The notes beneath the pieces were generated by a model that was not told the origin of the DNA, ran no database searches, and saw only the letters and a program-made list of their open reading frames with translations. DNA of 64,000 nt from NCBI GenBank assembly GCA_047285535.1, contig JBJBDC010000001.1:1312136-1376135 (forward strand), read 5' to 3'. This DNA comes from Synechococcus sp. GTDB taxonomy: Bacteria > Cyanobacteriota > Cyanobacteriia > PCC-6307 > Cyanobiaceae. Made by a program: the position numbers and the translations under genes. Position 1 is the stretch's first letter. Each line of letters begins with the position of its first letter. Positions 16,906 to 26,102 of the stretch are shown one piece after another.

Positions 16906-16995
16906 AGAAAATTCACAATTGGAGCCTCGGTTTTTCAAGCTATTACTGGGATCTCTGATTTAGGGGCGCCCTTGGGACCCCTTGAAAATGCCGAT

Positions 16996-17027
16996 AGTGG
17001 TCCCGTTTTCAGGGGGGTGGGACCACT
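16996..17027. repeat. Putative integrase arm-type sites at the distal att end
   Basis: AGTGGTCCCG (16996) and inverted GGGACCACT (17019), the same motif as 28051-28072. Confidence 0.7.
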
Positions 17028-17166
17028 TTTTGGGGCCCGTTTCTGCTCCAAGTCATCTATGTCGAAGGCGGTGCCAGGTTCAGCGGTCCGAACTTTTCAC
17101 GAGTGCATGCCCTACTAAACCGTGACGCTTGCCATAGCTAAGACGTAGTTGTTCGCGCGGGGCACC

Positions 17167-17622
17167 ATGGCTCACGCAAAGCTCACTAATCGGGCTGCTC
17201 GCCTTATCCGTCCTGCAGAGCGCTCTGAGGCTTTGCATTTAGCGGGCGTCGACATCACTCCATTGGTTTCAGCTGACCAATCTGCTGATTACGAGGTCGC
17301 GGTCATCTCTGGTAAGGAGGGGCATGGACCACCACCGCATTCACATCCTTGGGATGAAACCTATTTCGTCTTGCGTGGTGAAGTCGTTTTTGGAGTTGGT
17401 CGGGATGAGCAGGCCTTTGCTCCTGGAGCCTTAGTTCACGTACCAGCTGGAGAACGTCACTGGTTCCGATTTGACCAGCCTGGCGAAACAGTCGTTGTAA
17501 CAGGCGGCCATAGCGCTTTTGCCATGTTCAAAGGGCTTGCTGATGTCCCCGATGGTTCCCCTGCTGAGGACTACCTGGCAGTAGCCCTGCGCTATGGAGA
17601 AGAGGATCGGCGCGACGGGTGA
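17167..17622 (+). CDS. Cupin domain protein
   Basis: Motifs PPPHSHPWDETYFVLRGE and VPAGERHWF; followed by a terminator. Confidence 0.88.
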   Translation: MAHAKLTNRAARLIRPAERSEALHLAGVDITPLVSADQSADYEVAVISGKEGHGPPPHSHPWDETYFVLRGEVVFGVGRDEQAFAPGALVHVPAGERHWFRFDQPGETVVVTGGHSAFAMFKGLADVPDGSPAEDYLAVALRYGEEDRRDG

Positions 17623-17638
17623 AATTGCTGGTTGCTTG

Positions 17639-17664
17639 GCCCCTGCTTCGGCGGGGGCTTTTTG
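17639..17664 (+). terminator. Rho-independent terminator
   Basis: GCCCCTGC-TTCG-GCGGGGGC-TTTTT. Confidence 0.75.
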
Positions 17665-17796
17665 ATGCTCAAAACCCAGTGCTGATGTGCTCACCCGCTT
17701 TTCACCAGAACTGTTCTGGCTTCTGACCAGAGGATGACCAGAGCCTCAAAAAGTCAGCGGACATTGTGCAAGAAATCTCACACCCGACCCCAGACA

Positions 17797-17934
17797 ATGA
17801 ACCGCTACCAAAAGACTCTTGCTGCCACCTTTGCTTTTGTGGGGGCCCTTTTTTATGTGGCTGCCATGCCCCCTGCCACCTCTGAACCTTCTCCTGTAGG
17901 CCCTAGTTACTTTCACGGTTATCGAGTGGGCTAG
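17797..17934 (+). CDS. Small hydrophobic or exported peptide, 45 aa
   Basis: MNRYQKTLAATFAFVGALFYVAAMP... Confidence 0.4.
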   Translation: MNRYQKTLAATFAFVGALFYVAAMPPATSEPSPVGPSYFHGYRVG

Positions 17935-17937
17935 TTC

Positions 17938-18174
17938 TCAAACGCTGAACTTCCACTTGGCGTCTGCAGGAATGGCAGGGCCTTTCTTCAGGTCGGCCGG
18001 GTCCTTGTCGCTGATGCGCCTGGTCGGAACCACGCAGTCTTTGAAGTCACCGTGCTGCAGCGTCACTGCTTCCGCGTGCTCAGCGTTGTCGGTTGCGTAG
18101 AAGCCGCCGCGCCATTCACCACCGTCTAGGCCCCCTTTGAACCAGACCCAAACCTTTGTGCGGGCGTAGCTCAT
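17938..18174 (-). CDS. Small hypothetical protein, 78 aa
   Basis: Intact Trp/Gly-rich ORF; a decayed second copy at 3231-3359 supports it being a real gene. Confidence 0.7.
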   Translation of the reverse strand: MSYARTKVWVWFKGGLDGGEWRGGFYATDNAEHAEAVTLQHGDFKDCVVPTRRISDKDPADLKKGPAIPADAKWKFSV

Positions 18175-18177
18175 AGA

Positions 18178-21100
18178 TCAGAACAAAAACCTCAATCCCC
18201 CTGAATACCCGAATTGTGATCCTGCACTCTCAACCTCGTAGTTAGCTGTCGCGTAGAGAGAAGCGTTCTGAAAAATCTGCAGATCGCCTCCAGCAGCAAT
18301 AGTCAATGAATTTGCGCCGCCATTTTGCCCCTGGGATGTGATTTCACCTGTTCCTGGAGCATCAACAAAGCTAGCTGTCAGCTCTTTGGTCTGCCTGGAA
18401 TTTGCCAGTGCATCAACTTGATATATAAGGGCAAATTTTGGAGAAAAGCTTTGATTGCCACTCTTGGTAAATTTGATCGGAGTTGTAGCAACCTCGAGCC
18501 CAATAGTTCCGATAAGGCTGTTGGCATTATGGCTATTGATTTGTAAGTCAGTGGCGTTACCGCCTGACTCTTCAAATCCTTTCTGTTGATAGCTACTCAA
18601 TGCAACCCCGACCATTGGAGAGATGATAAGCCAATCATTTTTGGATTTAGTGTTGATGGGAAGGTCGTATTTGGCGTCAATACTTGTCGTATAGCCTCGA
18701 GCCGAAGTATTACCATCAATTGGTTGTTGATTGCCAATGAATCGAACCCTCCTCGTGCCCTCTACATCAAATTGCGTATACCCAATGGATGCTTGAATTT
18801 TAAGTCGATCAATGGGTTTGAAAGTCCCATAAATTGCAGCACTATTATTTGTAGAGCTAACCTCTGCAGAAGTTAGGCTCATCCCATAGAGATTTGAATT
18901 GCCATAGCCATAAGCTGCTCCAATACTCCATTGGCTTGTGGGGAAGTATTCAACACCCCAGAGTGCAATATCTGAATTGGAGAGATAAGAGGAAAGACCT
19001 TCTGTTCCATTGATGTCTGAATTCAACCTTGCTGCATCGGCAAAAATACATAAGGGAAGTTTCCGGTTTCTGTTCTCAGCTAGTGAGGAATCATCACTGG
19101 GTAATGAAACAACCCAACCCGTTTTTTTGCAGTTGCCTGCATGAGTGGCAAGCAACTCTCGTTGTTGCTTAAGTGAGTTCAAGCCTACCGCTTGAAATGC
19201 CGCATATGGCTCAGGTGATAGAGAGTTAATCGCAGCAGAAAGTTGATTGGCTGAGGTCAGTTGAACCAAATCATCCAGCAAACTGATGTATTCACTTGAA
19301 TAACCAGCTGCTTCTGCCTGCCCAGTCGTGAAGCCAGTATCTCCAATTGCATGGCCGGTTGCGTTGCTTCCTAACGTCCCTGTGTTGTTGCCAGCGATCA
19401 CAGCAAGATTTTGATATGAGGTGTCGAGCACATGTGCCGTTGACTTCTGGTTAAAGCCGGCATTTTTTTGAAAAATCAAGGCTGACCCAACAACACCAAC
19501 ACCATTTCTGGGCTTCCAAGCAATGTCCAATGTAGTTCCATCGCCATCACTGCCAACGACTAAATTTGCTCCACTTGAAAGAAGAATACTTTTGACTGCA
19601 TCTTGGTTCAGGCTTCCACTGTATGCAATGTTAGAGCTTGAGCTAATTAGTTGGTAATTAAAGAATGGGAATGGAGAACCTTGGTCATACGGAAGAATCA
19701 TTATTTCTCCATTAACAATGGCATCCCCATTGATAGAGATCTTGTCATTTTGAGGACCCTTGATTTCGATTTGAAGTTTGGCACCAGGCTTCTGATTGAA
19801 CTCACCAGAGACTGTCAGCGCACCAATCGAGCTTCCTGGAGTCATGAGTGCTCCAGATCTAAGCGTTGTTGGCCCAAGCTCTCCACTTCCGCCAACGGCA
19901 CCACCAGAGTTCACGGTCAAGTTTGAACTGGCAATCGAACCATCGACTTGCAGCAGCCCACCTAAGATTGTAGTTTCACCCGTATAAGTGTTTTGGCCAG
20001 TAAGTCTTAGAATTCCGTTGCCAGCTTTACTAAAACCACCAGTGCCAGAAATATCATTACTCCAAACTGAATTAAAGCCCTTGGTGTTGATTGCAAATAT
20101 AGGTGCAAAAATTGATTCGTTGCCTGGGATTAATGATGGATGGCCAAATTGAATTGGTCCTCTGACAGCACGCCCAGCATTGACTAATCCATGCCCAGCA
20201 TCTATCGCGGATAAGTTTGGTATTTCAGTTGCAGTTGTCAAAATAACTTCTATGACTTGGCGAGCTGTCATGTAGGGGAATGCCTGACGCACTAATGCGG
20301 CAACCCCAGCAACCAAAGGTGCTGCTTGAGATGTACCGCTTGAGTTCTCATAGTTGTTGATAGGTACTGTGGAATATATGTCCAATCCTGGCGCCCCAAT
20401 ACACCAATCAGCAGCAAGGCCGCAACGGTTAGTGAATTCGGTTAAAGCCCAGTCTTCACCATCTCGTTGGAGAGCTGTTACTCCTATGAGTGTGCCTGCT
20501 AGGTCAGAAAAGTCATACAGTTCTGCGGTCGACTTAGGAAGTTGGTTCCCTAGCCAGGTATTCACATCTTGGCTGTCAGCCAAATCGTTGAAAATTCGAT
20601 ACAAGGCATTAGTTGGTGCCGTTGGATCTGTAAATGGATAGCCTTCCTTTGTTTTTTTGGGTGTAATAAGAGGCAATGTTGGCATTCCATAGGGCTCTTT
20701 AGAAGCATTGGGTTGAAAATCATATCCATTGCCATTTGCTACAATTAATACAACATCTGCTTCTGCAAGTTTTCTCACGTCCTGCTCGTCGCGCAATAGC
20801 ATTCCTTCGGTAAAAAATTGGAAATATACCTGTGGCGCGCCCGGATTATCAAAGGGATCAGGTGCAAGTTGTGGCCCAAAGCTCGCATTCACAACTGAAG
20901 CACCGGAGTTGATAACTGCTTGAGCCCAATCTGGATCTAATGGCGGGTAAGCATTGTTTGGCTCGTTTCCCTTAATGGCTGCAATGGCTGCAATCGATGC
21001 GTCAAATGCAACGCCCATCATCTCAATCCCGTCCCGTTCAGCAGCTGCAATTCCTGCTACGTGAGTTCCATGGTCAGGAAATTGCCCTTCCTTTGAAAAG

Positions 21101-21402
21101 CCTGGTACTGGGAATTGGTAGCGTGGATGAGGCCAATAGATTCGTTGCTTTAACTGAGGGTGCGACCATTGAAGCTGTGTATCAGCGATTGCAATTTTAA
21201 TCCCCTTGCCTGTGAACCCAAGCGCGTACGCTTCCGCTGCATTTGTATATTGCAGGCCCCAGTTCTTGTAATATTCAGGCGTCTTAAAGCTAGATGTATT
21301 GGGTTGTGCATTTCCTACAGAACCTAGTGTGAATAATGTAAGTAGGCATGCGCCCGCACAAGCCTGCTGCAGTAATCCACTAGTGGCTTCATTCCATTTC
21401 AT
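18178..21402 (-). CDS. Subtilisin-like (S8) serine protease autotransporter
   Basis: Catalytic motifs IAIADT, HGTHVAGI and SGTSQAAPLVAG; linker WSNDISG.GG..KAG.G.L.LTG.NTYTG.T; barrel ending FLF. Confidence 0.93.
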   Translation of the reverse strand: MKWNEATSGLLQQACAGACLLTLFTLGSVGNAQPNTSSFKTPEYYKNWGLQYTNAAEAYALGFTGKGIKIAIADTQLQWSHPQLKQRIYWPHPRYQFPVPGFSKEGQFPDHGTHVAGIAAAERDGIEMMGVAFDASIAAIAAIKGNEPNNAYPPLDPDWAQAVINSGASVVNASFGPQLAPDPFDNPGAPQVYFQFFTEGMLLRDEQDVRKLAEADVVLIVANGNGYDFQPNASKEPYGMPTLPLITPKKTKEGYPFTDPTAPTNALYRIFNDLADSQDVNTWLGNQLPKSTAELYDFSDLAGTLIGVTALQRDGEDWALTEFTNRCGLAADWCIGAPGLDIYSTVPINNYENSSGTSQAAPLVAGVAALVRQAFPYMTARQVIEVILTTATEIPNLSAIDAGHGLVNAGRAVRGPIQFGHPSLIPGNESIFAPIFAINTKGFNSVWSNDISGTGGFSKAGNGILRLTGQNTYTGETTILGGLLQVDGSIASSNLTVNSGGAVGGSGELGPTTLRSGALMTPGSSIGALTVSGEFNQKPGAKLQIEIKGPQNDKISINGDAIVNGEIMILPYDQGSPFPFFNYQLISSSSNIAYSGSLNQDAVKSILLSSGANLVVGSDGDGTTLDIAWKPRNGVGVVGSALIFQKNAGFNQKSTAHVLDTSYQNLAVIAGNNTGTLGSNATGHAIGDTGFTTGQAEAAGYSSEYISLLDDLVQLTSANQLSAAINSLSPEPYAAFQAVGLNSLKQQRELLATHAGNCKKTGWVVSLPSDDSSLAENRNRKLPLCIFADAARLNSDINGTEGLSSYLSNSDIALWGVEYFPTSQWSIGAAYGYGNSNLYGMSLTSAEVSSTNNSAAIYGTFKPIDRLKIQASIGYTQFDVEGTRRVRFIGNQQPIDGNTSARGYTTSIDAKYDLPINTKSKNDWLIISPMVGVALSSYQQKGFEESGGNATDLQINSHNANSLIGTIGLEVATTPIKFTKSGNQSFSPKFALIYQVDALANSRQTKELTASFVDAPGTGEITSQGQNGGANSLTIAAGGDLQIFQNASLYATANYEVESAGSQFGYSGGLRFLF

Positions 21403-21685
21403 CCTTTGGGCGGATTCATTTTCGCAGATTAGGCACTACTTCCCATTTTTCAACTAATTTTTTCAGAAGATCCCATTTGGGTTCGCCGTCTCAGGGCAAT
21501 TGCCTTGCTTTTCTTGTTCTGTATTTTCATGCGCTTGCCTGTATCTGATGGCTGACTAGTAATAGTCTTGTTTCTGTTTTTGATGAATCAATTCTTGGGT
21601 AGCAAGCTCCTGGCCTGAGAAACTGTCCACAATCCATAGACGCTCAGTAAAGGGCAGTCAAACTACGTAATATCTATGAAAAATA

Positions 21686-23245
21686 ATGACGTCAGATTCG
21701 CCTGGATACTTCTTCGATGAAACAAGCTGGAGAAATAATCCACAGTTTAAGAAAGATATCGCCTTGATGGCAACGTTGGACCCCAAAGCTAGGGCAAATC
21801 TGACATCAAGCCCTGAAAATTATGTCGTTGGAATGACATCTGAAATAGCCAATACACCAGGCGACCAGGGAGATACAAAGGCCTACCAATACTAGGACAA
21901 GGGCTGGAAACTAAGCAAGGCACTGATTCAGAGCTGGGATCCCCAAACTAAATCCGCGAAGAGTCTCGCCAACGAAATACTAAGCAATTTATACCTTTAT
22001 CCTGCCAATCAAATCCAGCCAAGTGAGGGGCAATCATCCAAGAAAAAGGGATTTGCTTTCTGGTGCCAAGACCTAGAAGTTAATGCTGAATTACCTGCTA
22101 ATGGACCTGATATACAAGCGCAATTTGCTGGGATTCTTGCGGCCATGTGGGCGGGGCACCAAGTTTTAAAAGGGTCGAACGTTAAAAAAATACCCATAGT
22201 GTCTAGAAGTATCATGACTAATCTACATGTTGACCCGGCAACACAGCAGTTTGATCAAACAGAATTGGTTGATTTGACTGATGTAATCCCAATGCTTAAG
22301 AAGCTAGGAATAAGCAATATTCAAGGGACCCCGCCACCTGACTATTCGCGAGTCAAGCAAGGCAGAAAATCATGGAACTTGATGTCCGTCCTTAAGCAAA
22401 ACGGTTTGATTGATGGATTTATCTATGAAGAGTATTCGCAAGTGGATGCCAGCTCAAAGACCCCTCTCCGCATAACAAGCTTTCACGCTCCATTCGATGT
22501 AAAGCAAGATCTTCCATATGCGCTCATGGGCCACTATTACGGGAAAGGTAGCAACCTCCCAACGGCTAGCAGTTCCAAAGGGGTGGCTTTTGATTTTTAT
22601 GATAAGAACGGTGTTATGCCAATCAATGCTGCTGCCTATTTCGCGGCTGGATCAAAAGACATTTCGGAAGCGCTAGCGATTGACCCTGCGACCTATTTTT
22701 TGCCAACACCATCACCACTTGCAAATTCAACAGCAAGCAATCTTCAGTATTCAGAATCTGGCGGTAAAAGAATCATTGACCTGTCGATGCTTTCTTCTGG
22801 CTATCAAGCAATTATTAACATTGATGTAAGCCGAGAGGCTGACTATTCATCATTTTCTGGTTTCTATCGACTCGCCGATTCCGATGGGTCAGTCAGGGAT
22901 CCAATCAGTGGTCAACTCATTGCACCAGGTCAGTTTGGCTACAAAGAGGCAGCTCTTTCGGCGTCTAATCGAATCTCTAGTATCGATAATCTCTACCTTT
23001 CGTCTGACGGATCAGGTAGCTTTTCTGCATCTTTACATGGAGGAATGATGTTTGCTCCATTCACAGAGGTCACTGAGCCTGGCCATGAAAATACTTTTTT
23101 CAGTTTTGCCGCCGCGAATTCGGATGGATTTCAACACTTTAAACAAATAGCACCTAATTCTTTCGGTATGGAAGACATGCACAATGGAGGGGACAAAGAT
23201 TTTAATGACTTAGTTATTGATTTGAGCATCACGGAAATAATATAA
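21686..23245 (+). pseudogene. DUF4114-domain protein interrupted by one in-frame TAG (21893-21895)
   Basis: ORFs 21686..21895 and 22145..23245 share a frame with no other stop between them. The C-terminus has VSREADY..GFY, AANSDG..H and FGMED..GGDKDFNDL. Confidence 0.8.
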
Positions 23246-23481
23246 GTTCGCTTCGTCTCTGGAGTGGTGTCGAGTAGATATCGCTTAAATTTCTCTTTTA
23301 TCATGTCTGTTTTCACCAAGAGTGCCGTTTTCTTCGTTGCTTTAAGTTCAGATTTGATAGGTCTGATTTTTAGCGGCCTCTTCCATCTCCATAGCACGAC
23401 TAACGGACTCCTCCGTTCAAGCTGCCTCCTGCACTGGCGAGTCTCTCCTGAGGTCCACTCCGGAGAGCTTTTGTGGGGTTG

Positions 23482-23900
23482 CTATTTCCCGGTAAGCCCA
23501 GTGATCTTCATCAGTTGCACTGCAGCGCCCACTGCTGCGCCGTATTGCCGATCATTCATGGACTGCTCAACAACGGTCTCCATCTGCGAAATCAACTGCA
23601 CGGCATAGTCCTTCCGGTCGAGTTCGTACTGCTGCTTCAGCTGTTCATTTCATAGGCCCTGGCTCGCAACGTCTCGATCTGACGGTGGGTCAGCCCCCAT
23701 TGAGCTGAAGCGTGCTGCAGAACTGAGAGGCGTCCATGACCATCGGCTACCCACAGGCAGATTTGATTGATTCGCTGATCAGTGACTTCTTTTGAGGCTT
23801 TACCGGCCACTGCACGATGGAGTGGATGATCTAATGCCCATTGTTCCCAAGCCGGTGAATCTTTGGGCGGTGGCTTGATTGATTCAATTCTTGGTTTCAT
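23482..23900 (-). pseudogene. Terminase small subunit-like gene frameshifted by a 5-bp duplication
   Basis: HTH-like ...GHGRLSVLQHASAQWGLTHRQIE... Removing one TTCAT (23644-23653) gives a 137-aa ORF ending ...YELDRKDY...YGAAVGAAVQLMKITGLTGK. Confidence 0.7.
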
Positions 23901-23962
23901 TTGCTATCCCAGCAACGGCTCGTGTTAGTCGCTAACTGTGGTTTGATCGCTTTCCATCGTGT

Positions 23963-23985
23963 GCGGGACCACTAGCGGGACCACT
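23963..23985 (-). repeat. Internal pair of arm-type motifs, inverted relative to 28051-28072
   Basis: GCGGGACCACT A GCGGGACCACT is the reverse complement of AGTGGTCCCGC twice. Confidence 0.85.
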
Positions 23986-24053
23986 TCAGTCCTGTTGATA
24001 ATCTAGCGACGACTTGATGCCCTCTTCATCGAAAAAGAGAGTAACAAGATGAG

Positions 24054-24190
24054 CTTGGGAAGCTTGGAAGCTTGTTATACCAATTGATTTCAGTCTTGTT
24101 GTCACTACTTGGCAAGCCTTGGCAAGTCTTGGAAAGAATGACTCCCAAGTGTCTAATCCATTGCGGTGGAAGGGGGTCAAGTCTCCCAAG
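24054..24190. other. Putative replication origin with iterons
   Basis: Five CTTGG(N)AAG copies and two inverted CTCCCAAG copies around an AT-richer spacer, directly downstream of the helicase gene. Confidence 0.6.
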
Positions 24191-24198
24191 ATGGTTGG

Positions 24199-25890
24199 TT
24201 AGTCACTCCTGATTTGGAACCGCTCAGATCGCCCATCTTTTGAGCTTCGCAGGATGTCTTTGCGGACCAATGACTTCAGCCGCTGACGCATCGACTCAAT
24301 GGCTGAGTTGTCAGGCTGGCTTTTGTCGCCGCACTCCAGTGATGCAACCTCGATGGCAGTAGCACCTTTGGGGCTCTTCCCCATGCTGCAAGCAGCACTA
24401 ACCAGCTCAATCGCCTTGCGTTGTTGCTCCGTCAGTCCATCGATCACAGCAGCCTTCCGGTCGTCAGCGGTTAGTGATGCCAGCTCCTTTTGGAACTCGC
24501 CCAGCACCTTGAAAGTGCCTTGGGGCCAATCACCACGGATCAGCAGGTCTTGGTAGGGACCTCGGCCTTCCACAACCATCCGGCGATGAGGGTTGTCTTT
24601 ATCGGCGATCCTCTTGCCGGTCTGAGGGTCTTTTGTCTGGAGGAAGTGCAGAGAGATGCCTGCTGATGGGACACCCTTGGCAGAGCCATGCCCGCGAATG
24701 GCAGCAATGCCAACCTGCGATGTGTCAGCTGAACTATGGAAAGCGCAGATATGGGCTTTCAGCGCAGCTCCAATCGTGCTCTGCAACTCAATCAGCGCAC
24801 CCCCTGCGCCAGGGTCCTGGTCATCGCCATAGATCGGCTGGATGTTCCGGAAAAAGCTGTCTGAGAGCAGAACCGCTCCAGGGTGCTGAGTGGTGAGCTT
24901 GATCAGTTCGTCGTGGCCTTCCTCATCCCAGCAAAGGCCGTCTTCCTCGGTGAAGACTTTGACGATCGCGTGGTGGTATTTGCCCTCTGCATCAATCAGA
25001 CCAACAGCGCGTAGATAGGCGTTGGTGTCGACTGCAGGCTGGTCAGTCCACCAAAGGATCAACTTGTGGGGACCGGGAGCTGGCTGCCATGCCGGGTTGC
25101 CCATGAATGGGCGTTGAAAGACCAGCGAGGCCGCGAGGTCGCAAAGCAGCTTGGTTTTGCCGACCTTGGCAAAGGCAGCGACTGCAGTCAGGCAGTTTTG
25201 AGCGATGAGGTCGTTGATTAGCCATTGCTTTTGCAAATTCCGGACCTGGCACCCACCCGAAACGCCACGCTCGGCAGTGCCGCGAATGCGATGACGCTGC
25301 AGCTCTCGAATCCTTTTGGTGACCTGATCTGGAGTGACTCTGATCCTGAGCTTGTTGGCAGCTGTGGCAGCTCTGATGTGCCGCCGTACGGGATTGCGCT
25401 CAAAAGCTAGGTGCTCTGGATCAACCAGCTGCTGCAATAGCTGCTCCCACTGATCAAGCGGCGCTAGCTGCTCTTGAGCCTTGGCATCAGTCGCGAACTG
25501 CGGAGCTTGCGCTTGAACGCCCGCAAGAATCGTCCCAAGGTTGACTCCTTTGGTTGCAATCCAATCGGCAATGTCTCTGCCACCGTCGGCTGGACAACTC
25601 GGATCGTCAGGGAAAGGGATGAACCATCGGCAACCGGGATGGGCTTGGGCGACGTTTCTGGCGTAAGCAAGACCTGGTTGGTCCCTGTCTGGGGAGACCA
25701 CGAGCCGCTCAGCAGGTATGTGGTCACCATCGCGCTCCGGTCGGAACCCCTTAGAACCGCCAAGGCTGGTGACGGCAGGGATGCCCACGGACCAGCACGC
25801 GTCGAAGGTCATCAGCAGACCTCCAGCAAGCGGATATGGAAATCGTTCAGGCTCATTCGACGAGCCTCCGCTTGGCGGCGATGGCCTCAT
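24199..25890 (-). CDS. TOPRIM primase fused to an AAA (RepA/AAA_25-like) helicase; 5' end uncertain
   Basis: Motifs GIPAVT..GG, VVSPDRDQPG and GRDIADWI; Walker A AFAKVGKT; IRGHGS; C-terminal wHTH-like end. Confidence 0.8.
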   Translation of the reverse strand: MRPSPPSGGSSNEPERFPYPLAGGLLMTFDACWSVGIPAVTSLGGSKGFRPERDGDHIPAERLVVSPDRDQPGLAYARNVAQAHPGCRWFIPFPDDPSCPADGGRDIADWIATKGVNLGTILAGVQAQAPQFATDAKAQEQLAPLDQWEQLLQQLVDPEHLAFERNPVRRHIRAATAANKLRIRVTPDQVTKRIRELQRHRIRGTAERGVSGGCQVRNLQKQWLINDLIAQNCLTAVAAFAKVGKTKLLCDLAASLVFQRPFMGNPAWQPAPGPHKLILWWTDQPAVDTNAYLRAVGLIDAEGKYHHAIVKVFTEEDGLCWDEEGHDELIKLTTQHPGAVLLSDSFFRNIQPIYGDDQDPGAGGALIELQSTIGAALKAHICAFHSSADTSQVGIAAIRGHGSAKGVPSAGISLHFLQTKDPQTGKRIADKDNPHRRMVVEGRGPYQDLLIRGDWPQGTFKVLGEFQKELASLTADDRKAAVIDGLTEQQRKAIELVSAACSMGKSPKGATAIEVASLECGDKSQPDNSAIESMRQRLKSLVRKDILRSSKDGRSERFQIRSD

Positions 25891-26095
25891 CCCATGCGCG
25901 CAGGGTGGCCTCTAGATCCCAGACGATCTGGCAGCAGTTGGGTGATTTACGGCGGTAGTGAATGCCGTGTTTGAGGAACTGATCGCAGGGGCGAACGTCT
26001 TTGTCTTGGTAGTCCTCGCGGCGGCGATGAAGGGTCTTGGGATCACTGAAGCCAAGCTCCCCGATCACCTGCCGCGTTGTTGCGTTGAAAGTCAC
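25853..26095 (-). CDS. Excisionase-like small DNA-binding protein
   Basis: 80 aa, ELG.S..TL.RRR...LK.G.HYRR...WD winged-helix-like pattern, located between int and rep. Confidence 0.6.
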   Translation of the reverse strand: MTFNATTRQVIGELGFSDPKTLHRRREDYQDKDVRPCDQFLKHGIHYRRKSPNCCQIVWDLEATLRAWDEAIAAKRRLVE

Positions 26096-26102
26096 GTGCT
26101 GG

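Noticed and set aside
16532..16906. 124-aa ORF
   Set aside because: It reads through the att/tRNA fragment and overlaps the integrase relic out of frame.
5873..23245. Stop-codon recoding as an explanation for in-frame stops in island genes
   Set aside because: Stops are of all three types and co-occur with frameshifts and truncations, and intact genes use TAG and TGA as normal stops; ordinary decay is sufficient.
23986..24189. 67-aa ORF
   Set aside because: It coincides with the iteron repeats and has a TTG start; a non-coding origin explains the sequence better.
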